From: an uncultured bacterium
GTDB taxonomy: Bacteria; Eisenbacteria; RBG-16-71-46; CAIMUX01; WJJG01
Assembly (NCBI GenBank): GCA_964417675.1
Contig: CAYQJL010000282.1
Coordinates: 1,481 to 65,480 of the forward strand
DNA: 64,000 nucleotides
Direction: 5' to 3'
Below the pieces are notes generated by a model. It was not told where the DNA came from, did not search any database, and saw only the letters and a program-made list of their open reading frames with translations. The position numbers and the translations under genes were made by a program. The first letter of the stretch is position 1, and each line of letters opens with the position of its first letter. Shown here in pieces: positions 22,994 through 32,035 of this stretch.

Positions 22994-24006
22994 CGTCGCC
23001 CCTCCTCTTCCGGCAGCTCCGCGACCCCGTCAAAGACCTTGACCGCCGGGCCGCGGAGCCGCCAGCCGTCCGTTCCCGTGGCCACGGTCAGAACAGCTCC
23101 CGAAAGCACCTGCAAGCGCAGCTCGGCGGGCTGCTGCAAGCCAGCGGTCCCTTCCGGTGCATCCGCGGGCCGCCAGAGCGCCTGCAACGCGGCGGCGGCC
23201 GCCAACGCCCCCGATCCGCACGCCAGCGTCTCTCCCTCGACTCCCCGCTCATGGGTCCGCAGCTGGTACCGCTGCGCGTCCCTCTCTGCGGGCCAACAGA
23301 GATCGACGTTGGTGCCGTGGGGGCTGAAGTGGCGGTGGCCGCGCAACCGGGCGCCACATCCAGCCAAGTCGAAACTTGGCGCCCCGCGCAGCAGCAGGAC
23401 CGCGTGCGGTACCCCACTATCGATCCACATGGCCCGCTCGACCGCGAACTGGTCCGGTCCCAACGTCTCGCTCAACACACCCGTCGGCAAGGCGGACTCG
23501 AGGACGCGGGGCGCCGGCACGGCAACCTCGATGTCCCCGTCACCGGCGAGGCGGCGGGCCTCCACCGCAACATCCCCGAGCCGAAAGCGCACCGCCAGCC
23601 CCGGCCGGCCGCCCGCACGCATCAGCAAGAGCGCTCCGATGCAACGAGCCGCGTTCCCGCAGAACTCGGCCCGGCTGCCGTCGGGATTGAAATGCTCACA
23701 GCCGACCACGCCATGCACGGGCGGGCCGACAATCGTCAGACCGTCGGCCCCGACGCCTTCATGCCGCCGGCACAGACGCCGGGCCAGGCCGGCCGCGGTC
23801 CACCCCGACAACAGCACCCCTGCGGGGAGCTCCGCACGACTCCCCGGACCGGCTTCCCGCCGGCCGGGAAGTTGCCGAACACCGGGCGGTTGCCGAACGC
23901 CCGGCGGTTGCGGAACGCCGGGCGGTTCCAGGACGCCCGGCGGCTCACCCAGGATGAGAAAGTCATTCCCGGCCCCACACCATTTCTGAAACGAGACGGC
24001 CGTCAT
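22990..24006 (-). CDS. dapF: Diaminopimelate epimerase with Pro-rich insertion
   Basis: GNDF, GADG, FCGNAARC, GVPH, GTNV, ERGVEGETLACGSG (both catalytic Cys present). Confidence 0.87.
   Translation of the reverse strand: MTAVSFQKWCGAGNDFLILGEPPGVLEPPGVPQPPGVRQPPGVRQLPGRREAGPGSRAELPAGVLLSGWTAAGLARRLCRRHEGVGADGLTIVGPPVHGVVGCEHFNPDGSRAEFCGNAARCIGALLLMRAGGRPGLAVRFRLGDVAVEARRLAGDGDIEVAVPAPRVLESALPTGVLSETLGPDQFAVERAMWIDSGVPHAVLLLRGAPSFDLAGCGARLRGHRHFSPHGTNVDLCWPAERDAQRYQLRTHERGVEGETLACGSGALAAAAALQALWRPADAPEGTAGLQQPAELRLQVLSGAVLTVATGTDGWRLRGPAVKVFDGVAELPEEEGRR
23864..23947. repeat. 18-bp in-frame tandem repeat, about 4.7 copies, encoding (E/Q)PPGV(L/P/R)
   Basis: ccgggaagttgccgaaca / ccgggcggttgccgaacg / cccggcggttgcggaacg / ccgggcggttccaggacg / cccggcggctca. 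Confidence 0.85.
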
Positions 24007-24012
24007 GAAACG

Positions 24013-25491
24013 TCATTCCTCCACCGGCGTATCGGACGCGCCGGGCGGCCGGTCATCGCCGGCATCGGGGGGCAGTGAATCCCGCTCCCCAGCGGGTGGA
24101 TCGGCATCGCGCTCTGCGGTGCGGATCTCGAACTCCAGCCCCTCGATTGTGCGGCCGGGCAGAAGCTCGACCGGATAGGCGAATGTTCCCGCGGGCTCCG
24201 CCGGATCCTGCGCGCCGCTTCCATTCAGATCCCGGTAGGCGCGGAGGCGGTACACCCCGGCAGGAAGGTCGGTGAGTCGGAAATCGCGCATTGTGCGGAC
24301 CTCGTGCAGCCCAGCCGGATCGACCGCGGGGGGGGGGCCGGCGGTCGTGACCGGAGCCACCGCCGGGGGGACATCGGCCGTGAAGACCGCTTTCACCCAG
24401 ATCGGCGCCGAACAGCGCGCACTGTCGCGTTGCGCGGCCCGAATGCGGGGCTCGAGTTCATCCAGTCGGGCCTGCAGCGATTCAGCCTCCGCCGCGCTCA
24501 GGGTGAATGCCGCGGCCGGGGTGAATGCCGCCGCCGAGTCCTCGCCGGTCTCGAACCCCTGGGCATCGAGTTCTCCCGCAAGTATGCGCTGCAGGCTGTC
24601 AGCCGCGGCGCGCAGCCGGGTGGGCGGTTCATAGCCCAGGCAGACGCTGTCGATCACGCTCCCCGCCAGATCCCCCGGCTCGTCGGCATAGACCAGATGG
24701 ATCTCGACCGGCTCATCGGAATCAAAATCGGACCCCGCCACCGGCTCGGGATGGAAGACCCACAGATCACGATCGGACTCATAGGTGCGGTTTCCGGCCT
24801 CATCGTGCAGGGCGCCCAGGAGATACTGCCCCACCCGCGGCAGGTGGCGCAGCTCGAAGCGTCCCGCCTCCCCCGACTCGGCCAGACGCAACGCGCTGCG
24901 CACATCCGGAGGACCGAAGGAGGCGCTGCGCGGATCGGGAGCCTCCGGCGGCCATCTGAACAGAGCGACCAGATGCCCGCTCGCCGCGAGACTGCGGGTC
25001 AGCACCCGTCCTGCCAGGCGACCGGTGGGCAGCGAATCGCCGGTGCTGAAGACCAATTCGAACGGCTGTTCCAGTCGATTCTTGCGCCGATCGGACGCCT
25101 GGGTTCCCAACAGAACGCTGTAGGTTTCCTCGGGCGCCCAGCCATCCTCGGGCAAGACGGCAACTTGCTCGGCCTGCCACTGCCAGCCCAGGCGGCTCGG
25201 CCAGGGAGCGATCTGAAGCCAGTCCTGCACGGAAGAGCGGTCCATCCGTTCGCTGAAGAAGAAGCGCAAGGGCATCTCGAGCGCCACCCCGACCGCGCCG
25301 GAGTCGGGTTCGGCCGCGAGCACGATCGGCGGATCCCGATCCTCCGGGCCGCCCCGTGGCGCCTCGATGCTGGCGCACCCGGCCATCAGGACCAGCAGCA
25401 GCGCCGCGGCGGCCCAGCAACCGGCCCCCGCGGCGACTCCGCTCCCGGCCCCATCCCGCCGACCCGCCGTTATCCCCTGTGCCCTAGACAA
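24013..25491 (-). CDS. Ig-like (Big_5/SbsA-type) lipoprotein
   Basis: Lipobox MAGC followed by ASIEAPRGGPEDRDPP and F-F-S-E, plus a YRDLNGSG loop. Start codon uncertain. Confidence 0.7.
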   Translation of the reverse strand: MSRAQGITAGRRDGAGSGVAAGAGCWAAAALLLVLMAGCASIEAPRGGPEDRDPPIVLAAEPDSGAVGVALEMPLRFFFSERMDRSSVQDWLQIAPWPSRLGWQWQAEQVAVLPEDGWAPEETYSVLLGTQASDRRKNRLEQPFELVFSTGDSLPTGRLAGRVLTRSLAASGHLVALFRWPPEAPDPRSASFGPPDVRSALRLAESGEAGRFELRHLPRVGQYLLGALHDEAGNRTYESDRDLWVFHPEPVAGSDFDSDEPVEIHLVYADEPGDLAGSVIDSVCLGYEPPTRLRAAADSLQRILAGELDAQGFETGEDSAAAFTPAAAFTLSAAEAESLQARLDELEPRIRAAQRDSARCSAPIWVKAVFTADVPPAVAPVTTAGPPPAVDPAGLHEVRTMRDFRLTDLPAGVYRLRAYRDLNGSGAQDPAEPAGTFAYPVELLPGRTIEGLEFEIRTAERDADPPAGERDSLPPDAGDDRPPGASDTPVEE

Positions 25492-26393
25492 TGGTGCAGA
25501 ATTCCCTTCTGCGCATGCATCCGGTTCTCGGCCTGGTCGTAGACGACACTCTGCGGACCATCGATGACCTCGTCGGTGATCTCCTCACCACGGTGGGCGG
25601 GCAGACAGTGCATCACGAGGGCCTCGGGCTCGGCACAGGCCAAGAGAGCCGCGTTCAATTGATAGGTCGAGAAGATCTCGCGGCGTTTCGCGGCCTCGGC
25701 CTCCTGCCCCATGCTCGTCCAGGTATCGGTATATACGACCTGGGCTCCGGCGAGCGCCTCGCGTGGATCGCGCACGAGTGTGACCTTGCCCCGCGCGCCC
25801 TCCCCCGCGCGCCGGATCGAATCCGCGCTCGGTTCGTAGCCCTCCGGAGAGGCCACGCGCAGGTCGATCCCAAACGCCTTCGTCGCGTGGATCCAGGAAT
25901 TGGTCACATTGTTCCCGTCCCCGATGTAGGCCAGGGACAGCCCGTCGAGGGAACGGCCATGCTCGAGGATCGTGAGCATGTCGGCCATGATCTGGCAGGG
26001 ATGCGTCCAGTCGGTCAGCCCATTGATGACCGGGATGCCGGCCGCCGCCGCCAGCTTTTCGACATTGGCATGCTCGAAGGTGCGAATCATGATGCCATCC
26101 AGGAATCGGGAAAGCACCTGACCGATGTCGGTGATCGCCTCGCGCTTGCCGAAACCGATCTCGGCATCCGTGATATAGAGGCTGCTGCCGCCCAACTGCC
26201 GCATGCCCACCTCGAACGAGATCCGCGTCCTGAGGCTTGGTTTGTGGAAGATCACGCCCAGCACCTGACCGGCCAGCGGTGCGGCCCGGTCGCCCGCGCG
26301 CCAAGCGGCCTTCAACTCGCGTGCCTTGGCCAGCATCCGGTCGAGTTCCGCGCGTTCGAAGTCCAGAAGCGTCAGAAAGTCCCTCTTCGGCAT
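25470..26393 (-). CDS. argF: Ornithine carbamoyltransferase
   Basis: SLRTR, HPCQ, DTWTSMG, HCLP, QAENR. Confidence 0.93.
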   Translation of the reverse strand: MPKRDFLTLLDFERAELDRMLAKARELKAAWRAGDRAAPLAGQVLGVIFHKPSLRTRISFEVGMRQLGGSSLYITDAEIGFGKREAITDIGQVLSRFLDGIMIRTFEHANVEKLAAAAGIPVINGLTDWTHPCQIMADMLTILEHGRSLDGLSLAYIGDGNNVTNSWIHATKAFGIDLRVASPEGYEPSADSIRRAGEGARGKVTLVRDPREALAGAQVVYTDTWTSMGQEAEAAKRREIFSTYQLNAALLACAEPEALVMHCLPAHRGEEITDEVIDGPQSVVYDQAENRMHAQKGILHHCLGHRG

Positions 26394-26491
26394 CCACCCA
26401 TCCTCCTCTTGCCGCGGGGTCCACCCGGGGGTGCCATGGATTCCACCCCCGGATGCCCCCGAGCGCGCCGACAGAATCCAACGAATCGCGC

Positions 26492-27922
26492 CTACAGAAT
26501 GTAGCGCGACAGATCCCTGTCCTCCAAGATCACATTGAGCTTGGCCGCCACCATCGCCTCATCCACCTCGATCGACTGCCGGTTGGCCTCGGGGATCTCG
26601 AAGAGCTCCTCCTCGAGCAGTGTCGTCAGAATCGTGTGCAGGCGTCGGGCACCGATGTTCTCGGCCTGTTCATTGACCTGCGCGGCAATCGCCGCGATCC
26701 GGTCCACCGCGGCGGGCGTGAAGGCCAGGGAGACTCCCTCGGTGGACAACAGGGCCTTGTACTGCTTCAGAAGGGCATTGCGCGGCTCGGTCAGGATCTT
26801 GACGAAGTCCGCTTCGGTCAGGGCGGTCAGTTCCACGCGGATGGGAAAGCGCCCCTGCAGCTCGGGAATCAGATCCGAGGGCCGGGCCGTGTGAAACGCG
26901 CCGGCGGCAATGAACAGAATGTGGTCGCTCTTCACCAGGCCGTAGCGCGTCGGGACGCTGCACCCCTCGACGATCGGCAGCAGATCCCGCTGCACACCCT
27001 GTCGGGAGACATCCGGTCCGTAGCCCCCATCCCCACCGGCAATCTTGTCGATCTCGTCGATGAAGACGATTCCGGAGTTCTGCACGCGCTCAAGGGCCGC
27101 CTCGATGACCTTGTCCATATCGATCAATCGACCGGTCTCCTCCTGCATCAGCACCCGGCGGGCCTCCGCGACCGGCATGCGGCGCCGCTTCTTCTTTCCC
27201 GGCAGGAGTGCTTGCAGCGGCTCGGGCAGATTGAACTCCATCTCCTCCAGGCCGGCATTCGAAAAGATCTCGACCGTAGGCATATTTCCGCGGACCTCGA
27301 CGTCGATCTCGACCTCGCGGTCATCGAGCGCTCCGTCGCGCAACTGCTGCTGCAGCTTCTTGCGGGTTCGCTCCCACTGATCATAGCGCTCCTGCGCGTA
27401 GCGCTCGGCTTCGTCCTCGGGATTCCGTTCCTCGGTCGGGGGAGTGAAGAGCGAGGGCATCAAGGCGGCCACCGCCTTGCGGCTCGGCGGCTTCGGCCGC
27501 TCCGGCAGCAGCAGTCCCAGCAGTCGCTCCTCGGCATTGCGCTCGGCCTTGCCGCGCACCTGGTCGCTCATCTCACCGCGAACCATGTTGATCGCGATCT
27601 CGGTCAGGTCACGTACGATCGACTCGACATCGCGGCCCACATACCCGACCTCGGTGAACTTCGACGCTTCCACCTTGAGAAAGGGCGCCCGGGCCAACCG
27701 GGCCAGGCGCCTGGCGATCTCGGTCTTGCCCACCCCCGTGGGTCCGATCATGATGATGTTGTTCGGCAGAATCTCGTCGCGAATCTCCGAGCTCACTTGC
27801 CGGCGGCGGAAGCGGTTGCGCAGCGCGATCGCCACGCTGCGCTTGGCGTCCGCCTGCCCGATGATGTACTTGTCCAGTTCACGGACAATCTGCGATGGCG
27901 TCAGCTCCTGAATGTCCTTCAT
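26492..27922 (-). CDS. hslU: HslU ATPase
   Basis: [30 protein letters not shown]-terminal DLSRYIL. Confidence 0.96.
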   Translation of the reverse strand: MKDIQELTPSQIVRELDKYIIGQADAKRSVAIALRNRFRRRQVSSEIRDEILPNNIIMIGPTGVGKTEIARRLARLARAPFLKVEASKFTEVGYVGRDVESIVRDLTEIAINMVRGEMSDQVRGKAERNAEERLLGLLLPERPKPPSRKAVAALMPSLFTPPTEERNPEDEAERYAQERYDQWERTRKKLQQQLRDGALDDREVEIDVEVRGNMPTVEIFSNAGLEEMEFNLPEPLQALLPGKKKRRRMPVAEARRVLMQEETGRLIDMDKVIEAALERVQNSGIVFIDEIDKIAGGDGGYGPDVSRQGVQRDLLPIVEGCSVPTRYGLVKSDHILFIAAGAFHTARPSDLIPELQGRFPIRVELTALTEADFVKILTEPRNALLKQYKALLSTEGVSLAFTPAAVDRIAAIAAQVNEQAENIGARRLHTILTTLLEEELFEIPEANRQSIEVDEAMVAAKLNVILEDRDLSRYIL

Positions 27923-28494
27923 GCCTGCTCCGCCTCCGTAGGGTCGGCGCTCAATGTCTCGAGGTGGATCTCATGATTCGTATAGACACACAGATCGGCG
28001 GCAATCCGCAGCGCCTCGGCCACCACGGCACGAACATCGAGCTCCGGTGCAAAGCGCAGGAGCGCCCGGGCCGCCGCCAGGGCATAGGGCGCCCCCGATC
28101 CAATGGCCACCAGGCCGTCGTCGGGCTCGATGATATCCCCAACTCCGGAAAGCAGGAAGGCGTGCTCGCAATCGACCGTAATCAGCTGGGCCTCCAAACG
28201 GCGCAGCATCTTGTCGGACCGCCATTCCTTGGCCAGCTCGACCGCCGCGCGCTGCAGCCGTCCGCGGCTGGTCTCGAGTTGACTCTCGAAGCGCTCGAAC
28301 AGATGCAGCCCATCGGCGGCCCCGCCGGCGAAGCCGGCCAGCACCTGCCCATGATAGAGGCGGCGGATCTTGCGCGCGGTGGCTTTGAGGATGACCGCCC
28401 CGGCCGTCACCTGTCCGTCGCAACCCAAGGCCGCCTCGCCCGAGCGGACACAGGCCAGCACGGTTGTACTTCTGTGATCAGTCCGTCGATCCAC
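27919..28494 (-). CDS. hslV: HslV protease with short propeptide
   Basis: STTVL, DGQVT, GFAG, IGSG, CVYTN. Confidence 0.93.
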   Translation of the reverse strand: MDRRTDHRSTTVLACVRSGEAALGCDGQVTAGAVILKATARKIRRLYHGQVLAGFAGGAADGLHLFERFESQLETSRGRLQRAAVELAKEWRSDKMLRRLEAQLITVDCEHAFLLSGVGDIIEPDDGLVAIGSGAPYALAAARALLRFAPELDVRAVVAEALRIAADLCVYTNHEIHLETLSADPTEAEQA

Positions 28495-28563
28495 GTCATA
28501 CCCCCGCGGAGCTTTCCATCCGGTACCCAGCCATCGTCCGACGCGTCAGCCGGGCGCTCATCG

Positions 28564-28572
28564 AATCTAACA
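28564..28572 (-). promoter_or_regulatory. Possible extended -10 promoter for hslVU
   Basis: TGTTAGATT in the AT-richer xerC-hslV spacer; no good -35 box. Confidence 0.35.
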
Positions 28573-28650
28573 ACTCGCCACCCCGGTCGAACAGGGGTTA
28601 CTCGGGCCAGATGAGTTTTTTTGGGATTGACAAGCGCCGTGCGGCCCGCT

Positions 28651-29607
28651 TCAGGCTCGCGGGTGGGCGCGATCGAAGGCGCGCCGGAGTCCGGCCGTGG
28701 AGAGATGGGTGTAGAGCTGCGTGCTGTTCAGGCTGCGATGCCCAAGCAACGCCTGGATGGCCCGTAGGTCCGCGCCGCGATCAAGCATGTGCGTCGCGAA
28801 GCTGTGTCGCAGCAGATGCGGGTGCACGTCCCCCAGCACCGGATCCGAGAGCCGCCGCGCCACGATCCGCTGCACCGAACGCACCGAGAGCCGGGTACCG
28901 CGCGCGTTGAGCAACAGCGCCTCCTGCGGCCCACCCGACGGCCGCCGTTCGGCCAGCCGTTCGGCCCGCCGAACAGCCGGCACCCGCAGCGCGGCGCGCC
29001 CGCGCAGATACAGACGCAGGGCATCCCGTGCGGGCCGCCCGAAGCAGGCCGTCCGCTCCCGAGCCCCCTTCCCGCGCACCCGCACCCATCCGCGCCTCAG
29101 GTCGATGTCGCCGAGGTCCAAGCCGGCTAGCTCGGAGACGCGCATCCCCGTCCCGTAGAGCAGTTCGCAGATCGCCCGATCGCGCCATGCCAGCGGATCC
29201 GCACCGGCGGCCAGTGCCTCCAGGCGCTCCTCCAGGCGCTGGCTCGACAGGCTGTGGGGCAGACTGCGCCCGATCTTGGGCGCCGGCACTGTGCGGGCCG
29301 GATTCTCTGTCGTCAGGCCATTGTCCACCAGGAAGTCATGGAAGCGCCGCAGGGCCGCACGGCGGCGCACAACGCTGCGCGGCTTGGCGCCGGCCGCCTG
29401 TTGCGCGGCGAAGAAGAGGCGCAGGTGAGCCAGATCCAGGTCGCCCAGGGCCGCCGGACGGCCGGTGCGCTCGGCCAGGAAGGCAAACAGCATCCGCAGA
29501 TCGCCGCGATAGGCGGCCACCGTCCGCTCACTGCGGCCCTCGAGATGGCGCAGCTGCCGCAAGAATCCACTCAGGGCCGCCGAGAGTGTGGCGTCGGCGC
29601 TTGGCAT
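28651..29607 (-). CDS. xerC: Tyrosine recombinase XerC
   Basis: GMRVSEL, HLLRHSFATH, LLGH, YTH; topA-xerC-hslVU synteny. Confidence 0.88.
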   Translation of the reverse strand: MPSADATLSAALSGFLRQLRHLEGRSERTVAAYRGDLRMLFAFLAERTGRPAALGDLDLAHLRLFFAAQQAAGAKPRSVVRRRAALRRFHDFLVDNGLTTENPARTVPAPKIGRSLPHSLSSQRLEERLEALAAGADPLAWRDRAICELLYGTGMRVSELAGLDLGDIDLRRGWVRVRGKGARERTACFGRPARDALRLYLRGRAALRVPAVRRAERLAERRPSGGPQEALLLNARGTRLSVRSVQRIVARRLSDPVLGDVHPHLLRHSFATHMLDRGADLRAIQALLGHRSLNSTQLYTHLSTAGLRRAFDRAHPRA

Positions 29608-29661
29608 TCATCCCTCCCCGGGCGGGGCCGCCCGGCCGACGAAGGCCCGCCTCGGCGGCGG

Positions 29662-31929
29662 CTAGTTGCCCTCGTCCTCCTCCACCTCACGCATCACCTG
29701 CACCTTGCAGCGCGGGCACGCGTAATGCGGTCCATCCTTGCGGGTGTTCTTCTCCACCATGAAGGGATGCCCGCAGGCCTGGCAGACGATCGCCACCGGT
29801 AGATCCCAAAGGGCGTACTTGCAATCCGGATACTGGTCACAACCATAGAAGACACGGCCGCCCCGCGTGCGCTTCTCGACAAGCTTGCCCGAGCACCCCT
29901 GCTCGGGGCAGTCAACACCGACCGGAACCGGTTGGGTCGTCTTGCAGTCGGGATAGCGGCTGCAGGCCAGAAAACGGCCATACCGCCCGGTGCGAATCAT
30001 CATCGGACTGCCGCATTCGGAGCACGCGTGATCGGTGGGCTTGGGTTTCTCATCCTCGCTCAGCGGTTCGGTGTGCTTGCACTCCGGATAGCGCGAGCAG
30101 GCCAGAAACGGGCCGTTGCGGCCGAACTTGCGAATCATCATGGCGCCGCACTCGGAACAGGCCTGGTCGGTCTCGACCTGTACCGAAGCCTTCAGTTCCG
30201 CCACCTTCCCCTCGGCGACATGCAAGCTTTCGGAAAACGGACCATAGAACTCGCGTACCACCTGCTCCCACGGATAGCGGCCGGCCTCGACCGAATCGAG
30301 CTCCTCTTCCATGCGGGCGGTGAAGTCGACATTCATGATCCGTGCGAAATTCTCGAGCAGCAAGCCCGTCACGGTGACGCCCAGATCGGTGGGGTGCAGC
30401 CTTCCCTTGTCACGCCGAACATAGTCCCGCGTCAGGATCGTGCTGACGATCGTCGAGTAGGTGCTCGGCCGTCCGATGCCATTCTCCTCCAGCGCACGAA
30501 TCAGGGATGCCTCCGAGAAACGCGGCGGCGGCTCTGTGAAGTGCTGCTTCTTCTGGATTTCCTTGACACTGAGCCGCTGGCCTTCCTCCAGTCCCGGCAA
30601 CAGGTCGACCAGCACCTCATCCTCTTCCCCGTCCTGCTTGCCCCGGCTCGCACTGCGCGGATCGCTGCTCTCATAGAGGCGTGTGAACCCATCGAAGGCA
30701 ATCACCCGCCCTGTCGCGCGGAACAGCGCCTCGCCGGCCGCAGCGTTGACCGTGGTGATGTCGAGCTCTTGAGGCCGCATCTGGCTCGCGACGAAACGAT
30801 TCCAGATCAGCCGGTAGAGCTTCAACTGGTCTGCACTCAGATAGCGGGCCAGGGCGTCGGGGGTGCGAATCGCACTCGTGGGACGCACGGCCTCGTGCGC
30901 ATCCTGCGAACGGCCCTTCTTGCGGTACTGGTTCGGGCTCTCCGGAACGTACGCGCGCCCGAACGATCCCTCGATGAATCCACGAACCTCGGCGATGGCC
31001 TCGTCGGCAATACGCGTCGAATCGGTACGCATATAGGTGATGAGCCCGACGGTGCCCTCCTCTCCGATGGGGAGGCCCTCGTAGAGCTCCTGCGCAATCT
31101 GCATCGTCTTCTTGCTGCTGAAGCGCAAGGCGCGGAAGGCATCCTGCTGCAAGGTACTGGTAATGAACGGCGCCGATGGATTCCTGCGCCGGCGCTTCGT
31201 GTTGATCGTTTCGATCCGCAACGGCCGGCCTTCGACGGCGGCGACCACCGCCTGCGCTTCGCTCTCATTGACCAGGCGCGGCTTCTGGCCCTGCCAGGCA
31301 ACCAGTCCCATCTCCATCGTGGCCGGGCCGCCGTTCCCGACTAGGGCGTGAATCGTCCAGTACTCCTCGGGAACGAAGGCCGCGATCTGGTTCTCCCGAT
31401 CCACGATCAGGCGTAGCGCAACCGACTGGACCCGCCCGGCGCTCAGTCCGTAGCGGATGGTCTTCCACAGAATGGGTGAAAGCTGATAGCCCACCAGACG
31501 ATCCAGGACGCGGCGCGCTTGCTGGGCATTGACCTTGTCCATGTCGATCTCGCGCGGCGAGGCGAGGGCTTCCTTAATCGCCCGCTGCGTGATCTCATGA
31601 AAGATCAGCCGGCGGAACGGACGCTGGCTCGGCTTGAGCACCTGCATCAGATGCCAGGCGATCGCTTCCCCCTCCCGGTCAGGGTCCGGGGCCAGCAGGA
31701 TCTCATCGGCGCGTGCGGCCGTTTCGCGGAGTTGTTTGATCACCTTGCTCTTCGAGCGAATGGTGACGTAATGCGGCTCGAAACCCTGCTCGATGTCGAC
31801 CCCCAGTTTGCTCTTGGGTAGATCGCGCACGTGCCCATTCGAGGCCAGTACCTGGTACCCGGCCCCGGCCATGCGCGAGATCGTACGCGCCTTCGCAGGA
31901 GACTCCACAATGATCAGCCCTTTGGGCAT
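29662..31929 (-). CDS. topA: DNA topoisomerase I
   Basis: IVESPAKA, DPDREGE, GRVQS, ITYMRTDS, C-terminal C4 zinc ribbons. Start MPKG at 31929. Confidence 0.95.
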   Translation of the reverse strand: MPKGLIIVESPAKARTISRMAGAGYQVLASNGHVRDLPKSKLGVDIEQGFEPHYVTIRSKSKVIKQLRETAARADEILLAPDPDREGEAIAWHLMQVLKPSQRPFRRLIFHEITQRAIKEALASPREIDMDKVNAQQARRVLDRLVGYQLSPILWKTIRYGLSAGRVQSVALRLIVDRENQIAAFVPEEYWTIHALVGNGGPATMEMGLVAWQGQKPRLVNESEAQAVVAAVEGRPLRIETINTKRRRRNPSAPFITSTLQQDAFRALRFSSKKTMQIAQELYEGLPIGEEGTVGLITYMRTDSTRIADEAIAEVRGFIEGSFGRAYVPESPNQYRKKGRSQDAHEAVRPTSAIRTPDALARYLSADQLKLYRLIWNRFVASQMRPQELDITTVNAAAGEALFRATGRVIAFDGFTRLYESSDPRSASRGKQDGEEDEVLVDLLPGLEEGQRLSVKEIQKKQHFTEPPPRFSEASLIRALEENGIGRPSTYSTIVSTILTRDYVRRDKGRLHPTDLGVTVTGLLLENFARIMNVDFTARMEEELDSVEAGRYPWEQVVREFYGPFSESLHVAEGKVAELKASVQVETDQACSECGAMMIRKFGRNGPFLACSRYPECKHTEPLSEDEKPKPTDHACSECGSPMMIRTGRYGRFLACSRYPDCKTTQPVPVGVDCPEQGCSGKLVEKRTRGGRVFYGCDQYPDCKYALWDLPVAIVCQACGHPFMVEKNTRKDGPHYACPRCKVQVMREVEEDEGN

Positions 31930-32035
31930 GCGTTCCTCCAAGCAGCCGAGCGGGCCGGATCGCCCGCCCCGCAGAATGCCGGCGCATCCAGGATCCGGCG
32001 GGCCGGCAATCCCATCCGGACCGGCCGCGTCACGG

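Noticed and set aside
25470-26393. SLRTR motif suggesting an N-acetyl/succinyl-ornithine transcarbamylase
   Set aside because: The DxxxSMG loop typical of true ornithine carbamoyltransferase is present.
26425-26452. Hairpin CCGGGGGTG/CACCCCCGG between hslU and argF
   Set aside because: No U-tract and no recognisable regulatory motif; such stems are common at this GC content.
28651-29607. Tyrosine recombinase as a prophage or island integrase
   Set aside because: It lies in the conserved topA-xerC-hslVU context, with no att/tRNA site, cargo genes or composition shift.
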